Below, in pieces: positions 37,736 through 50,820 of a stretch of DNA of 64,000 nt. This DNA comes from Lingula anatina (lineage: Eukaryota; Animalia; Brachiopoda). Position 1 is the stretch's first letter, and each line of letters opens with the position of its first letter. The stretch covers positions 19,242,534 through 19,306,533 of the forward strand of contig CM120644.1 in NCBI GenBank assembly GCA_051362555.1, written 5' to 3'. The translations under genes were made by a program, and so were the position numbers. A model generated the notes under the pieces. It did no database searches and was not told the DNA's origin. It saw only the letters and a program-made list of their open reading frames with translations.

Positions 37736-38522
37736 CTAGGAGGCACAGGACTATACTGCCACAATGGAACACAACGACTCCGGACTACTACACTGTACTA
37801 GGAGGCACAGGACTATACTGCCACAATGGAACACAATGACTCCAGACTACTACACTGTACTTGGAGGCACAGGACTATACTGCCACAATGGAACACAATG
37901 ACTCCAGACTACTACACTGTACTTGGAGGCACAGGACTATACTGCCACAATGGAACACAATGACTCCAGACTACTACACTGTACTAGGAGGCACAGGACT
38001 ATACTGTCACAATGGAATACAATGACTCCAGACTACTACACTACACTGTACATACTAGGAGGCACAGGACTATACTGTCACAATGGAATACAATGACTCC
38101 AGACTACTACACTGTACTTGGAGGCACAGGACTATACTGCCACAATTGAACACAATGACTCCAGACTTCTACACTGTACTTGGAGGCAGAGGACTATACT
38201 GCCACAATAGAACACATTGACTCCAGACTTCTACACTGTACTAGGAGACACAGGACTATACTGCCACAATGGAACACAATGACTCCAGACTACTACACTG
38301 TAGTACAAGAAGGCACAGAACTATACTGTCACAATGGAATACAAAGACTCCAGACTACTACACTCTACTAGGAGGCACAGGACTATACTGCCACAATGGA
38401 ACACAATGACTCCAGACTACTACACTGTACTAGGAGGCACAGGACTATACTGCCACAATGGAACACAATGACTCCAGAATACTACACTGTACTAGGAGGC
38501 ACAGGACAATACTGCCACAATG
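37736..38522. repeat. 62-bp minisatellite, about 12-13 copies
   Basis: Unit CTAGGAGGCACAGGACTATACTGCCACAATGGAACACAATGACTCCAGACTACTACACTGTA, high identity between copies; abuts the 180-bp satellite. Confidence 0.97.
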
Positions 38523-38529
38523 TAATTAA

Positions 38530-41500
38530 TAGTTATTGTCAAATTTATTAAAGTTTAACTATTTTAAGCCATGGTATTTGCTTATCACAGATTTTATCCC
38601 AAAAAACACTTTTCATTAGACACAGTTAACTGATCAGCTGAACAAAGATTTTTATTGTCGTTAAGCATCATTTCAGAAACATTGGAGTTGATTTCACAAA
38701 ATTATTAATGTTTAACTATTTTAAGGCCTGCGATTTGCTATTCGATGTAGTTTTTAGTTTTCCCAAATATGTTGTCCTTAAAAACACTATTCATTAGATA
38801 CAGTCAACTGATCAGCTTATCACAGATTTTTATTGTTATTGTTATTAATGTTTAACTATTTTAAGTCATTGAATTTGCCAGTCTTTTCAATGTAATTTTC
38901 AGTTCTTTCAGTTATATTGTTCTTTTTCCAGAGTACCCTTACCATGAAAAATCAGGCAGTGAAAGACAGCACCAAGAGCAGCACTATGTCTTATCCATGT
39001 GTACAATACATGATATTTGGCAAGATTTAGGACATTGTCAACTATTGGGATAACAACCCCTTCCAGAAACCCATTGTAAGGAGTAATCTGCATCTGGCAT
39101 TGGTAGTAAGGAGAAGTCTTGTATGGGTACGTATATATTGTTTTCCAGATGACAGTTACAGGTAATTTGCAACCTCCTACAAAAACAACCTCATATCATC
39201 AACAACCTCAATCACATTTGCTGTTTTCTTTCAGAATAAATAACATATTGCAATATCAAAATATTTGTTTTGGTTAATTCCCACTTTTGTGATGATCAAT
39301 TTCCCATAAACTTGACACTTAAAAAAAAAACACAGACAACTGATCAGCTTATCACAGATTTTTCTTGTTGTTCAGCATCATTTGTACAAATTTCAGAAAT
39401 ATTGGACAAGATTTGACAAAATTATTAACGATTAACTTTTTAAAGTCCTGCGATTTCCCAGTCTTTTCAATGTAATTTTTAGTTTTCCCATATATATTGT
39501 TCCAAAAAATACTTTTTATTAGACACAGACAACTGATCAGCTTATCCCAGATTTTTATTGTTGTTAAGCATCATTTGTACAAATTTCAGAAATATTGGAC
39601 AAAATTTGACAAAATTATTAATGTTTAACTATTTTAAGTCCTGCAATTTCCCAGTCTGTTCAATGTAATTTTTAGTTTTCCAAAATATATTGTCCTAAAA
39701 AACATTTTTCATTAGATACAGACAACTGATCAGCTTATCACAAATTTTTATAGTTCTTTAACATCATTTGTACAAATTTCAGAATTATTGAACAAGATTT
39801 GTCAAAATTATTAACGTTTAACTATTTTAAGTCCTGCAATTTCCCAGTCTGTTAAATGTAATTTTTAGTTTTCCAAAATATATTGTCCCAAAAAACATTT
39901 TTCATTAGATACAGACAACTGATCAGCTTATCACAAATTTTTATAGTGTTTTAACATCATTTGTACAAATTTCAGAATTAGTGAACAAGATTTGTCAAAA
40001 TTATTAACGTTTAACTATTTTAAGTCACTAAATTTGCCATTCTTTTCAATGTAATTTTCAGTTCTTTCAGTTATATTGTTCTTGTTCCAGAATACCCTTA
40101 CCATGAAAAATCAGGCAGTGAAAGACAGCACCAAGAGCAGCACTATATCTTATCCATGTGTACAATACATGATATTTGGAAAGATTTAGGACATTGTCAA
40201 CTATTGGGATTACAACAACCCCTTCCAGAAACCCATTGTAAGGAGTAATCTGCATCTGGCATTGGTAGTAAGGAGAAGTCTTCTATGGGTATATATTGTT
40301 TTCCAGATGACAGTTAAAGGTAATTTGCAACCTCCTACAAAAACAATCTCAAATCATCAACAACCTCAATCACATTTGCTGTTTTCTTTCAGAATAAATA
40401 ATATATTGCAATATCGAAATATTTGTTTTGGTTAATTCCCACTTTTGTGATGATCAATTTCCCATAAACTTGACACTTAAAAAAAAAAAACACAGACAAC
40501 TGATCAGCTTATCACAAATTTTTCTTGTTGTTAAGCATCATTTGTACAAATTTCAGAAATATTGGACAAAATTTGACAAAATTAAAAGTTTAACTATTTT
40601 AAGTCCTGCAATTTCCCAGTCTATTCAATGTAATTTTTAGTTTCCCAAAATATATTGTCCTAAAAAACACTTTTCATTAGATACAGACAACTGATCAGCT
40701 TATCACAAATTTTTATAGTTCTTCAGCATCATTTGTACAAATTTCAGAAATATTGAACAAGATTTGACAAAATTATTAACGTTTAACTATTTTAAGTCAC
40801 TAAATTTGCCATTCTTTTCAATGTAATTTTCAGTTCTTTCAGTTATATTGTTCTTGTTCCAGAGTACCCTTACAGTGAAAAAGCAGGCAGTGAAAGACAG
40901 CACCAAGAGCAGCACTATGTCTTATCCATGTGTACAATACATGATATTTGGCAAGATTTAGGACATTGTCAAATATTGTGATAACAACAACCCCTTCCAG
41001 AAATTCATTGTAAGGAGTAATCTGCATCTGGCATTGGAAGGAAGGAGAAGTCTTGTATGGGTATATATTGTTTTCTAGATGACAGTGATAGGTAATTTGC
41101 AACCTCCTACACAAACAACCTCAAATCATCAACAACCTCAATCATATTTGTTGTTTGCTTTCAGAGTAAATAATACATTGCAATATTGAAATATTTGTTT
41201 TGGTTAGTTCTCACTCTTGTGATGATCAATTTCCCATAAACTTAACACTTAAAAAAAAACACAGACAACTGATCAGCTTATCACAGATTTTTATTGTTGT
41301 TAAGCATCATTTGTACAAATTTCAGAAATATTGGACAAGATTTGACAAAATTATTAACGTTTAACTATTTTAAGTCCTGCAATTTCCCTGTCTTTTCAAT
41401 GTAATATTTAGTTTTCCCAAATACATTGTCCAAAAAAACACTCTTCATTTTACACAGTCAACTGATCAGCTTTTCACAGATTTTTATTGTTGTTAAGTAT

Positions 41501-44500
41501 CATTTGTACCAATTTCAGAAATATTGGACCAGATTTGACAAAATTATTAATGTTTAACTATTTCAAGTCACTGAACTTGCCATTCTTTTCAATGTAATAT
41601 TCAGTTCTTTCAGTTATATTATTCTTGTTCCAGAGTACCCTTACCATGAAAAAGCAAGCAGTGAAAGACAGCACCAAGAGCAGCACTATGTCTTATCCAT
41701 GTGTACAATACATGATATTTGGCAAGATTTAGGACATTGTCAAATATTGTGATAACAACAACCCCTTCCAGAAATTCATTGTAAGGAGTAATCTGCATCT
41801 GGCATTGGAAGGAAGGAAAAGTCTTGTATGGGTATTTATTGTTTTCCAGATGACAGTGATAGGTAATTTGCAACCTCTTACACAAACAACCTCAAATCAT
41901 CAACAACCTCAATCACATTTGCTATTTGCTTTCAGAGTAAATAATACATTGCAATATTGAAATATTTGTTTTGGTAAATTCTCACTCTTCTGATGATCAA
42001 TTTCCCATAAACTTAACACTAAAAAAAGACACAGACAACTGATCAGCTTATCACAGATTTTTATTGTTGTTTAGCATCAGTTGTACAAATTTCAGAAATA
42101 TTGGACTGGATTTGACAAAATTATTAACGTTTAACTATTTTAAGTCCTGCGATTTCCCAGCCTTTTCAATGTAATTTTTAGTTTCCCAAATATATTGTCC
42201 TTAAAGACACTTTTCATTAGACACAGTCAACTGATCAAATTATCACAGATTTTTATTTTTGTTAAGCCTTACTTTTACAAATTTCAGAAATATTGGACAA
42301 ATTTTGACAAAATTATTAATGTTTAACTATTTTAAGGCCTGGGATTTGCCAGTCTTTTCAATATTATTTTCAGTTTTCCCAAATATATTGTCCCAAAAAA
42401 CACTTTTCATTAGACACAGTGAACTGATCAGCTTATCACAGATTTTTATTGTTGTTAAGCATCATTTGTACAAATTTCAGAGACTGTGGACAAGATTTGA
42501 CAAAGTAATTAACGTTTAACTATTTTAAGGCCTGGGATTTGCCAGTCTTTTCAGTGTAATTTTTAGTTTTCCGAAATAAATTGTCCCAAAAAACACTTTT
42601 CATTAGACACAGTCAACTGATCAGCTTATCACAGACTTTTATTGTTGTTAAGCATCATTTGTGCAGATTTCAAAAACATTGGTTTAAATATTTTTAAATT
42701 ATTAATGTTTAATTATTTTAAGTCATGGAATTTTGCAGTGTGAACTTTCAGTGTAATATTCAGTTTTCTCAAATATATCATCCGTAGACAAGACTTTTCA
42801 TTAGTCACAGTCAACTGATCAGCTTTTCACAGATTTTTATTGCTGTTAAGCATCATTTGTACAAATTTCAAAAATATTGGACTAGATTTGACAAAATTAT
42901 TAATGTTTAACTATTTTAAGTCCTGCAATTTTCCTGTCTTTTCAATGTACTATTTAGCTTTCCCAAATATATTGTCCCAAAAAACACTCTTCATTATACA
43001 CAGTCAACTGATCAGCTTATCACAGATTTTTTTTTTTGTTGTTGTTGTTAAGCATCATTTGTACAAATTTCAGAAACAGTGGACAAGATTTGACAAAATA
43101 ATTAACGTTTAACTATTTTAAGGCCTGGGATTCGCCAGTCTTTTCAGTGTAATTTTTAGTTTTCCGAAATATATTGTCCACAAAAACACTTTTCATTAGA
43201 CACAGTCTAATCTGATCAGCTTATCACAGACTTTTATTGTTGTTAAGCATCATTTGTACAGATTTCAAAAACATTGGATTAAATCTTTTTAAATTATTAA
43301 TGTTTAACTATTTTAAGTCATGGAATTTTGCAGTGTGAATTTTCAGTTTAATATTCAGTTTTCTCAAATATATCATCCGTAGACAAGACTTTTTATTAGT
43401 CACAGTCAACTGATCAGCTTTTCACAGATTTTTATTGTTGTTAAGCATCATTTGTACAAATTTCAGAAACAGTGGACAAGATTTGACAAAATTATTAACG
43501 TTTAACTATTTTAAGGCCTGGGATTTGCCAGTCTTTTCAATATTATTTTCAGTTTTCCCAAATATATTGTCCCAAAAAAACACTTTTCATTAGACACAGT
43601 CAACTGATCAGCTTGTCACAGATTTTTATTGTTGTTAATCATCATTTGTACCAATTTCAGAAATATTGGACCAGATTTGACAAAATTATTAATGTTTAAC
43701 TATTTTAAGTCACTGAACTTGCCATTCTTTTCAATGTAATATTCAGTTCTTTCAGTTATATTATTCTTGTTCCAGAGTACCCTTACCATGAAAAAGCAGG
43801 CAGTGAAAGAGCAGCACTATGTCTTATCCATGTGTACAATACATGATATTTGGCAAGATTTAGGACATTGTCAAATATTGTGATAACAACAACCCCTTCC
43901 AGAAACCCATTGTAAGGAGTAATCTGCATCTGGCATTGGTAGTAAGGAGAAGTCTTGTATGGGTATATATTGTTTTCCAGATGACAGTTATAGGTAATTT
44001 GCAACCTCTTACACAAACAACTTCAAATCATCACATTTGCTGTTTTCTTTCAGAGTAAATAATTACAATATTGAAATATGTTTTGGTTAATTCTCACTCT
44101 TCTCATTATCAATTTCCATTAAACCTGACACTTAAAAAAGACACAGTGAAGCGATAAGGCTTTGATTTCTATACTTGTTTAGGTTGTTTTATTTCCAAAT
44201 TGATGAAAATTTCCAATGTAATTGACAAAATTATTTATGTTTAACTATATTTATTAGGAGAATTTAGTATATTTTCTATTTTTATTATTACTTTTCACAA
44301 CTGAATTGTCTGAAAAAATGCCTTTCATTACACAGACAACGGATCTGCTTATCTCAGATTTTTATTGTTGTTAAGCATTATTTGTACAAATTTCAGAAAC
44401 ATTGGACTAGATTTGTCAGAATTATTAATGTTTAACTATTTAAAGTCATGGAATTTGCCAGGTTTTTCAATGTAATTTTCAGTTTTCTTAAATATATTGT

Positions 44501-44555
44501 TCGAAAAAATACTTTTCATTAGACACAGTCAACTGATCAGTTTCTCTCAGATTAT
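38530..44555. repeat. ~180-bp satellite array (copy B) with higher-order structure
   Basis: Same monomer as 1-2395. The exon-like cassette recurs at ~38932, 40091, 40863, 41634 and 43775. Confidence 0.95.
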
Positions 44556-44644
44556 ATAAACCAATCTCATAAAATCAAGTGCAAATTGCATTTGATGCTG
44601 TATTCAAATAGCATTCAGTAAGATATTTTTTATTTCTGTTGCAG

Positions 44645-45613
44645 ATATCAGTCAATGTGAAGAGACTCCCAGGGTGTGGGTGTGGGTATCAATGAACACT
44701 TCTTCATCACTTCAGTGATTGCACCAAATGTATCTGGAGGTCAGTGCTCACTACAACATGAAAAAACGTAAACTTATGTTTCCATCTGATATATGTTTCA
44801 AGATAGCTGGAATTTCTTTTGACTTGCTTTGACTTGCACTTGCTGTCACAAATTAAAATCGAGGCAAAAGCTAAGTACAATAAGAGCCGTAAATGGTGCC
44901 ATATTTTGTTTTGAATTATTAGTTTTCCTGTGCGGCGCATGCATGAGTGTTCAAAACAGGAAGTTATACCTGGAATTTTTCAGCATGGGATTCAGATTTG
45001 CTTTGCGTGTGTGAACAAGCAAGCAAATCTGATTTTTTACCAAAAATTTGAATTTGAAATATCCAGATTTTTCAGATGGCAGGTTGATTGATGGTCTTCT
45101 TTACTTTATCAGATACTCTGATTCTAGGCATATATAAGCAGTTTGAATCTAAGTAGTTTGAATTCATAATTTATTCTTCTTCTAATTATTAATCTTTGGA
45201 CAAGGTTATTTTCAATAATGATTTTTTCCTCTCATTTTGTTGTTTACCATAATAAAGATAAATGGGATTATGACCCGATTGCTTAAAAAAAAGAAAAGAA
45301 CTTAAAATTTTCGTAAAAAAGATAATGATAATTATAATAAATTTTTAATGGGGCGATAAAAAGTCAGTGACTGATACTCATGTTTGATATTAGCAGTTGA
45401 TTGAAATTACTAATTTGAAATATGTATGACATTCTAAACATTTTATTCCAGATATATATTAACTTGACAGACTGGGGTCATTGCTTGTGTGGTAATGGAC
45501 GGCATCAACCTGTTATCTGTGATAACAGAGAAACTGGGCTGGCCTAATGCCTTGACCATTGATTATGTCACCAGGAAGATGTGGTGAGCTGATGCACATC
45601 TGGATTATATTGA
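44645..45613 (+). pseudogene. LRP2/megalin-like EGF and YWTD beta-propeller exons, decayed
   Basis: Exon 44645-44767 begins DISQCEETPRV (Ca-EGF-like). Exon 45452-45613 reads TDWG/[44 protein letters not shown], an LDLR class B repeat with a frameshift and a stop. Confidence 0.85.
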
Positions 45614-46627
45614 GTTAATCTCAGGAAAATGTGATGGAATACATAAATCATAAATTTTACGATAGGAAAAAAGTGGTTAACTAATATTTGTTTATATATA
45701 CTTATATCTTTCCTTTTTTTTTTGATAAAATGTATTATATTTATTACATCTTCAGTTGACAAATGTAATCAAATTTGGTATATGGTACTGTCACAGGTTA
45801 TTACCTGCACCACAGCCAAGCATTCTGGAAGTTGTTAATTTGATCTCCTTCTAACGGAGACATAAACAGTTCACTGCAGATTCTGTAGTTTTTCTTGTTC
45901 CATTTAATATATATAAAATGACATGAAATCTAATACATGCATACATTACATTTCAAGTATGCCAACCTTGATGACAGCAACAGACAGTTGGTCATATCAG
46001 GAGTCAGAACATCTAAAAAATACAACTCTTACAAAGGCCATTGAGCGTAATGTGTCTCCAACTGCTGATTGTAGGCCATACAATGTTGAAGTCCGGAGAC
46101 AATTAGGTCAGTTCTTATAAATTGTAAAGTTTGTGAGTGAACTAAATGTTCATTTTTAGTGGCTTTATGTGATACTATTGATTTGTGTTTTGTAGAATAT
46201 TGTAAAACTGTAGGACCCGGTTTCATCAAGGCTGGATAGCGCTGTCCTATGGATAAAAATGGTCGCTATCCTCTGGATAGCGTTATCCACAGAATAGTGT
46301 GTTTCATCAGCAGTGGATAGCATTATTCAGGGAATAAATCAGAGGATAAATTTTATTTCTTTACTCGAAATAGGTGGGATAAATCTGCTATCATGCTGTT
46401 AAATCATCCAAAATGGCGAACCTGCTGGGTTTGGCAGTAAATCTTTTGAGATTTCACAGACGTAGAATGATTAGAGAGAAAACTGTATACTGGTTGATAT
46501 AAACATTGTAAAAGTCATGATAGATGCTAACAACAGAAGTGATCTATACCATATATTTGGGAAATAAATTACCCACAATACTCCTGTGTTCTGGTGTCAT
46601 CTGTCGTCTGCTTTTCTATCTTGCAGG

Positions 46628-47021
46628 ATGGAACCTGCTTTAACAAGCAAGAGGCAGAGATAGGCAAACTGGACGCAAGCAGAAACATCACTTTTAATAG
46701 AATTATGCGAGAAACATGCAGTTATTACAAACAAACACACTTCCACCTTGGACAACAAGACCAAGGTGAGAGTGTGGAAGGCCATGGCAAATAAAATATC
46801 ATCAGTTGCCATATCAACCATAAGTTCAGCAGAGTGCCCTGATAACTGGAGGCACCTTGTTTCGTCTGTTAAGAAGTCTCACTGCGAATTTAAGAAGGCC
46901 AGACACCTAACTGGAGGGGGTCCACCACCCCAGGGACTAAGTCCAACCAAAACCAGAATAGTGAACATATATGCTGGAACTCCAGCGTTTGACAGTTTGG
47001 TAGGAGGGATGGAGACTAGTG
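46628..47021 (+). pseudogene. Harbinger Myb/SANT-like DNA-binding protein exon
   Basis: MEPALTSKRQR*ANWTQAETSLLIELCEKHAVITNKHTSTLDNKTKVRVWKAMANKISSV...DNWRHL...TGGGPPP, with one premature TAG; ends at G|GTAAG. Confidence 0.88.
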
Positions 47022-47284
47022 GTAAGATTCATTTTCTTTTACTAAAAAAAATATTAACTAAGTAACAGAAAATATTGTGAAGTATCGTACATATACATAA
47101 TATTTTCCATCTTGTATTTTCAATGGCCATTGAGCATAATATGTCTCCAACTGCTGATTGCTGTTATTGCTGAATATGCCAAATTTGTCATTTTCTTTAT
47201 CATATTTGTACATGACAAAATAAAGACAGTCATTATTTATGTTTAGATTGACTCTGGAGAATGAGGAGGTGCTCACTCTTTGTC

Positions 47285-47538
47285 TGTATATTTTCCTAGT
47301 GAACAGGCCAAGGTGGTCAGAACACAGAATGACTTTAATGCCATCGCCAGATTCCCAAGAGTGCTGGAGTGCCATCTGGTGTGGATGGCACTATGATTGC
47401 CATTAAATCTCCTACGGCCAACGTTGAAAACTCCTTTGTCTGTCGTAAAGGCTTTCATGACATCAATGTGCAGGCAATTTGCAATACCCAGCTTATGTAA
47501 ATACATGTTTTTGTTTTATCATTTATTTCTTTCAGTAT

Positions 47539-47595
<57 letters not shown>

Positions 47596-48337
47596 GTCAT
47601 GATATCGTCAAGATGTAAACACACCTAATTGAGTCACGTATACCAATCACAACTACTGCAATTGTTGTTGGTTGCTGTGAATAAAAAAAAAAGATTTTGC
47701 AGTTCTGTAAAAAAAGTCTTCAACATTGAAAGAAGAAATCATTCAAATGCAATTCATAATTTTATTAGAACTAGAAATATTTTGTTAGAAATAATATCTC
47801 TAGTACGTCCTCCAACTGGGGGGACAAGGAAATTTTATTCTCATTCAGAGATAATTGTTTGATTTTTGAAAAACATTTTTCATTTTGAAAATACAGAAAA
47901 TTATGACTTTAGTATGTAACTATGCTATTGTTAAATATTAATTCATTTTAATTGTGTTTTATTTATTTATCTATTTATTTAATTTTTTTTTTTTTTCAGA
48001 TTTACTGATGTAGTCTGCAGGTGGCCAGGCAGTACCCACGACAGTTTTATTTTCAACAACAGTGGTATTGGCCAACATTTTGAGAGTATGAACACAGAGG
48101 ATATTCCAGGATTCCTCCTGGAGGGATTCTGGCTTTCCTCTGTACCCATATCTGATGACACCAAAAACAAACCCTCTGACAGAGCCAGACATAAAATACA
48201 ACAGAGGATATTCCAGGATTCCTTCTGGGGGGATTCTGGCTATCTTCTGCACCCTTATCTGATGACACCAAAAACAAACCCTCTGACAGAGCCAGACTTA
48301 ACATACAACAGGGCTTACATCTCAACTAGAAACACCA
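47285..48337 (+). pseudogene. Harbinger (HARBI1-like) DDE transposase exons
   Basis: FNAIARFPRVL..VDGTMIAIKSPTANVENSFVCRKGFHDINVQAICN, intron 47497-47999, then FTDVVCRWPGSTHDSFIFNNS..GDSGY..YLMTPKTNPLTEPDLTYNRAYISTRNT. There is an internal ~110-bp duplication, and the sequence is truncated before the catalytic E. Confidence 0.92.
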
Positions 48338-48611
48338 TGTGTGTGTTTTCTCTTTTGAGACATGATACAGTTACTACTTTTCTTACTACTTCCTCTTTCT
48401 TGAGAAATGATACACAATCCATTGATTTGATTCATTTAGTAGGATTATTTAGCTTTTACCCAGTAATAATTAATAACAATCTTCCATTAATTTTGTTACT
48501 ATTAAAACAACATTTTTGTTCTAAAATATAGCATGACAGCTGTACTAGGTCAGATTATTTAGGGAGCTTTTACATAATAGATTCAATTTAATTGTCTATT
48601 GTATTTTTTAG

Positions 48612-50276
48612 CTGAGGAGACAGTAAAACCCACACCAAGTCAGACATGTCCTTGCAAGAATTTTGATGGCAAACGTAAGCCAGATCCAGAAACTGGTGGG
48701 CTCGTGTGTTTGTGCTTGAATAGTAAGTATCTGGGTTAGAAAAACAATGACAAAATATTGTAAATGTTGTTGTAATTGAGATGAAAATGTGATTTGTGTC
48801 AATAATCACAAAGCACAGCAAACACATGAAGACTTTAATAGGAAGAGGAAATATAGTTGTTGCCAAGCTGGTGATTTTACAAATCAAAAATACATTTGTG
48901 GAGTTTGTGGAGATGAAGAAAACCAGGGTTTGTTGTTGTATACTGGCTGTTTATCTTGTGAAATCTATACAAGTTTATGAATTTATATAATTAAAGAAAA
49001 ATGCAGCATGACTTGCCTACATCTGAAATGGTGGGGTGATGTTCTTGTTTTTGTTTTATTTAAAGTCAATAATTTTTGTCACTGTATTTGAATAAATTTG
49101 ACTAAATTTCAGACTGCTATGGAGAATACTGTGAAAAGGAGCCTTCAGCATTCACTGGAGCTGATACAAGTTCATGTAAGTTGATAGTAGATCACATAAT
49201 CTTTTTTAACATCCTTTTTGAGGTCAAATGAAAAAGACTGTATTTGCTTAAAAATTTATTTTGTTGATTATCATATTTCATAGTAAGTTTCTTTTAACAT
49301 TTTGCATCTAAGTAAATTCATCTTATGTCAGTCTTGGTTATTCTTGTTAAATTGCTGTATGGTATTTTTATCATTGTAAATAAGTTCCTGTTACTTCTTC
49401 CATGAATTATTTCCCTTCCTGATTTGAAACATTTCCAGTAAATATGTTATTTCAGAAACAGCTGCCATTGTGGTCCCAATTATACTTGTGGTCATCCTAT
49501 TAGAGGTCATTATTGATGTTCTTATTTTTGTGAAGAAAAAGGTAAGATTTCTCTCTCTCACATGCGCACACGCACGCATTTGCAAGGAATTTTAAGAAAA
49601 TTTGTTAAGCCATCTTAGACGATATCAAATGCATCTTAGAAAATAAAATAAGGTATTCAGTATCAAACTGGTTTATCTTAAAGGCACATAAGGTATAATC
49701 ATTGCAGCAATTTTTTTAAAGATTCATTTGACATTTATTAGAAGTCCAAAGCTTAATCTTTTGGTAATGATAACATACAATTCCCTTGCATATTGAAATA
49801 GTTCTTGCTATGATTCATCCTATTAGAGGTCATTATTGATGTTCTTATTTTTGTGAAGAAAACTTTGAAGTGTTCAGTATTTTCCATGTATAGTAGAAAA
49901 GCATATCTATAGCTTGGTCTTTTTTTTTTTTTTTAATTGCCTGTGAAAACATTTAGCATTAATGCTTCATTAACTGGAAATTTTCTTTTTATACATTGGT
50001 CTAAAGTGCTCATCTTCTCTCTCATAGGATGCAATGGAACCAGAGTACAACAAAATTGAGAATTTTGAAAATTACAACAAACAGACCAATTTCTCCTACC
50101 CAATGTATGACAGAATAACAGGATTAGAACCTGCTAAACCCCCTAAAAAGGACATGACCAGCCCCACTTACTCCAATGGGGTAGAAGACAACCAGTCATC
50201 AGAGATCACTGTCCATATACCACATAATGAACTCTGTCCTTCAGTAACAGAAACTGATTACGACACTGATGTTTGA
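48612..50276 (+). pseudogene. LRP2/megalin-like C-terminal exons including the transmembrane exon, decayed (copy B)
   Basis: Exons 48612-48722 and 49113-49175 (EGF), 49456-49541 (TAAIVVPIILVVILLEVIIDVLIFVKKK, transmembrane with acquired acidic residues) and 50028-50276 (TNFSYPMYD...DYDTDV*). Confidence 0.8.
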
Positions 50277-50820
50277 GTCACTAATGCAGATTTATGAGAC
50301 CAAAGATTTTTTAACATAAAGTTCTTGATGATCATTCCACAGATGAGGCAAAGCTCAGAGGAAATATATCTGGCACAAAGCAGAATAGATGTTGGTAGTT
50401 ATAGTGAAACTTTATTATGAAGTGATATATCAAACCCATACAAAATATTTGTTCTTGTGACACAACTCAGTCAATGTAACAGTGGAGTTGATGTGAAGAT
50501 TCCAGATGAAAATACAAAATAGCACTTTGCGGTTTGTTTTAATACATTATCCCAAGACATACATCTGTGTTGGTTTCCTTGGTGTACTCAACATTCCAAG
50601 AACTTTTGTCTCGATTCAGAAAAAGGGCAGAAGATAAATATTTATTTTACAGTGTACAAAACATGTTGATGCTTTTTCCTTCTGGCTTTAAACTGTATGT
50701 CATGTGACATTTATATAGACGTCTTCAGATAGAAATTTTATCAATATTTAATAAATATTAAAGCTTTAAGAAGGCTGGAAGAAAATTTGTCCCACACCAT
50801 TGCAACATTTACTAAAATAT

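Larger units (their letters stand above)
46213..48340 (+). mobile_element. PIF/Harbinger DNA transposon, decayed and right-truncated
   Basis: Candidate left TIR GGACCCGGTTTCATCAAG with subterminal GGATAG repeats. It contains Myb/SANT and DDE transposase exons. No matching right TIR was found, and it is absent from copy A. Confidence 0.88.

Noticed and set aside
37736-38522. 62-bp repeat as a CRISPR array or a coding repeat
   Set aside because: The units are head-to-tail with no unique spacers, no cas genes are present, the context is eukaryotic, and the unit length is not a multiple of 3.
47543-47592. Simple repeats: (TA)n here, (GT)n at 14832, 32929, 33545 and 33856, (TTA)n at 62325, poly-G at 4313
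   Set aside because: Ordinary microsatellites and homopolymers with no further structure.
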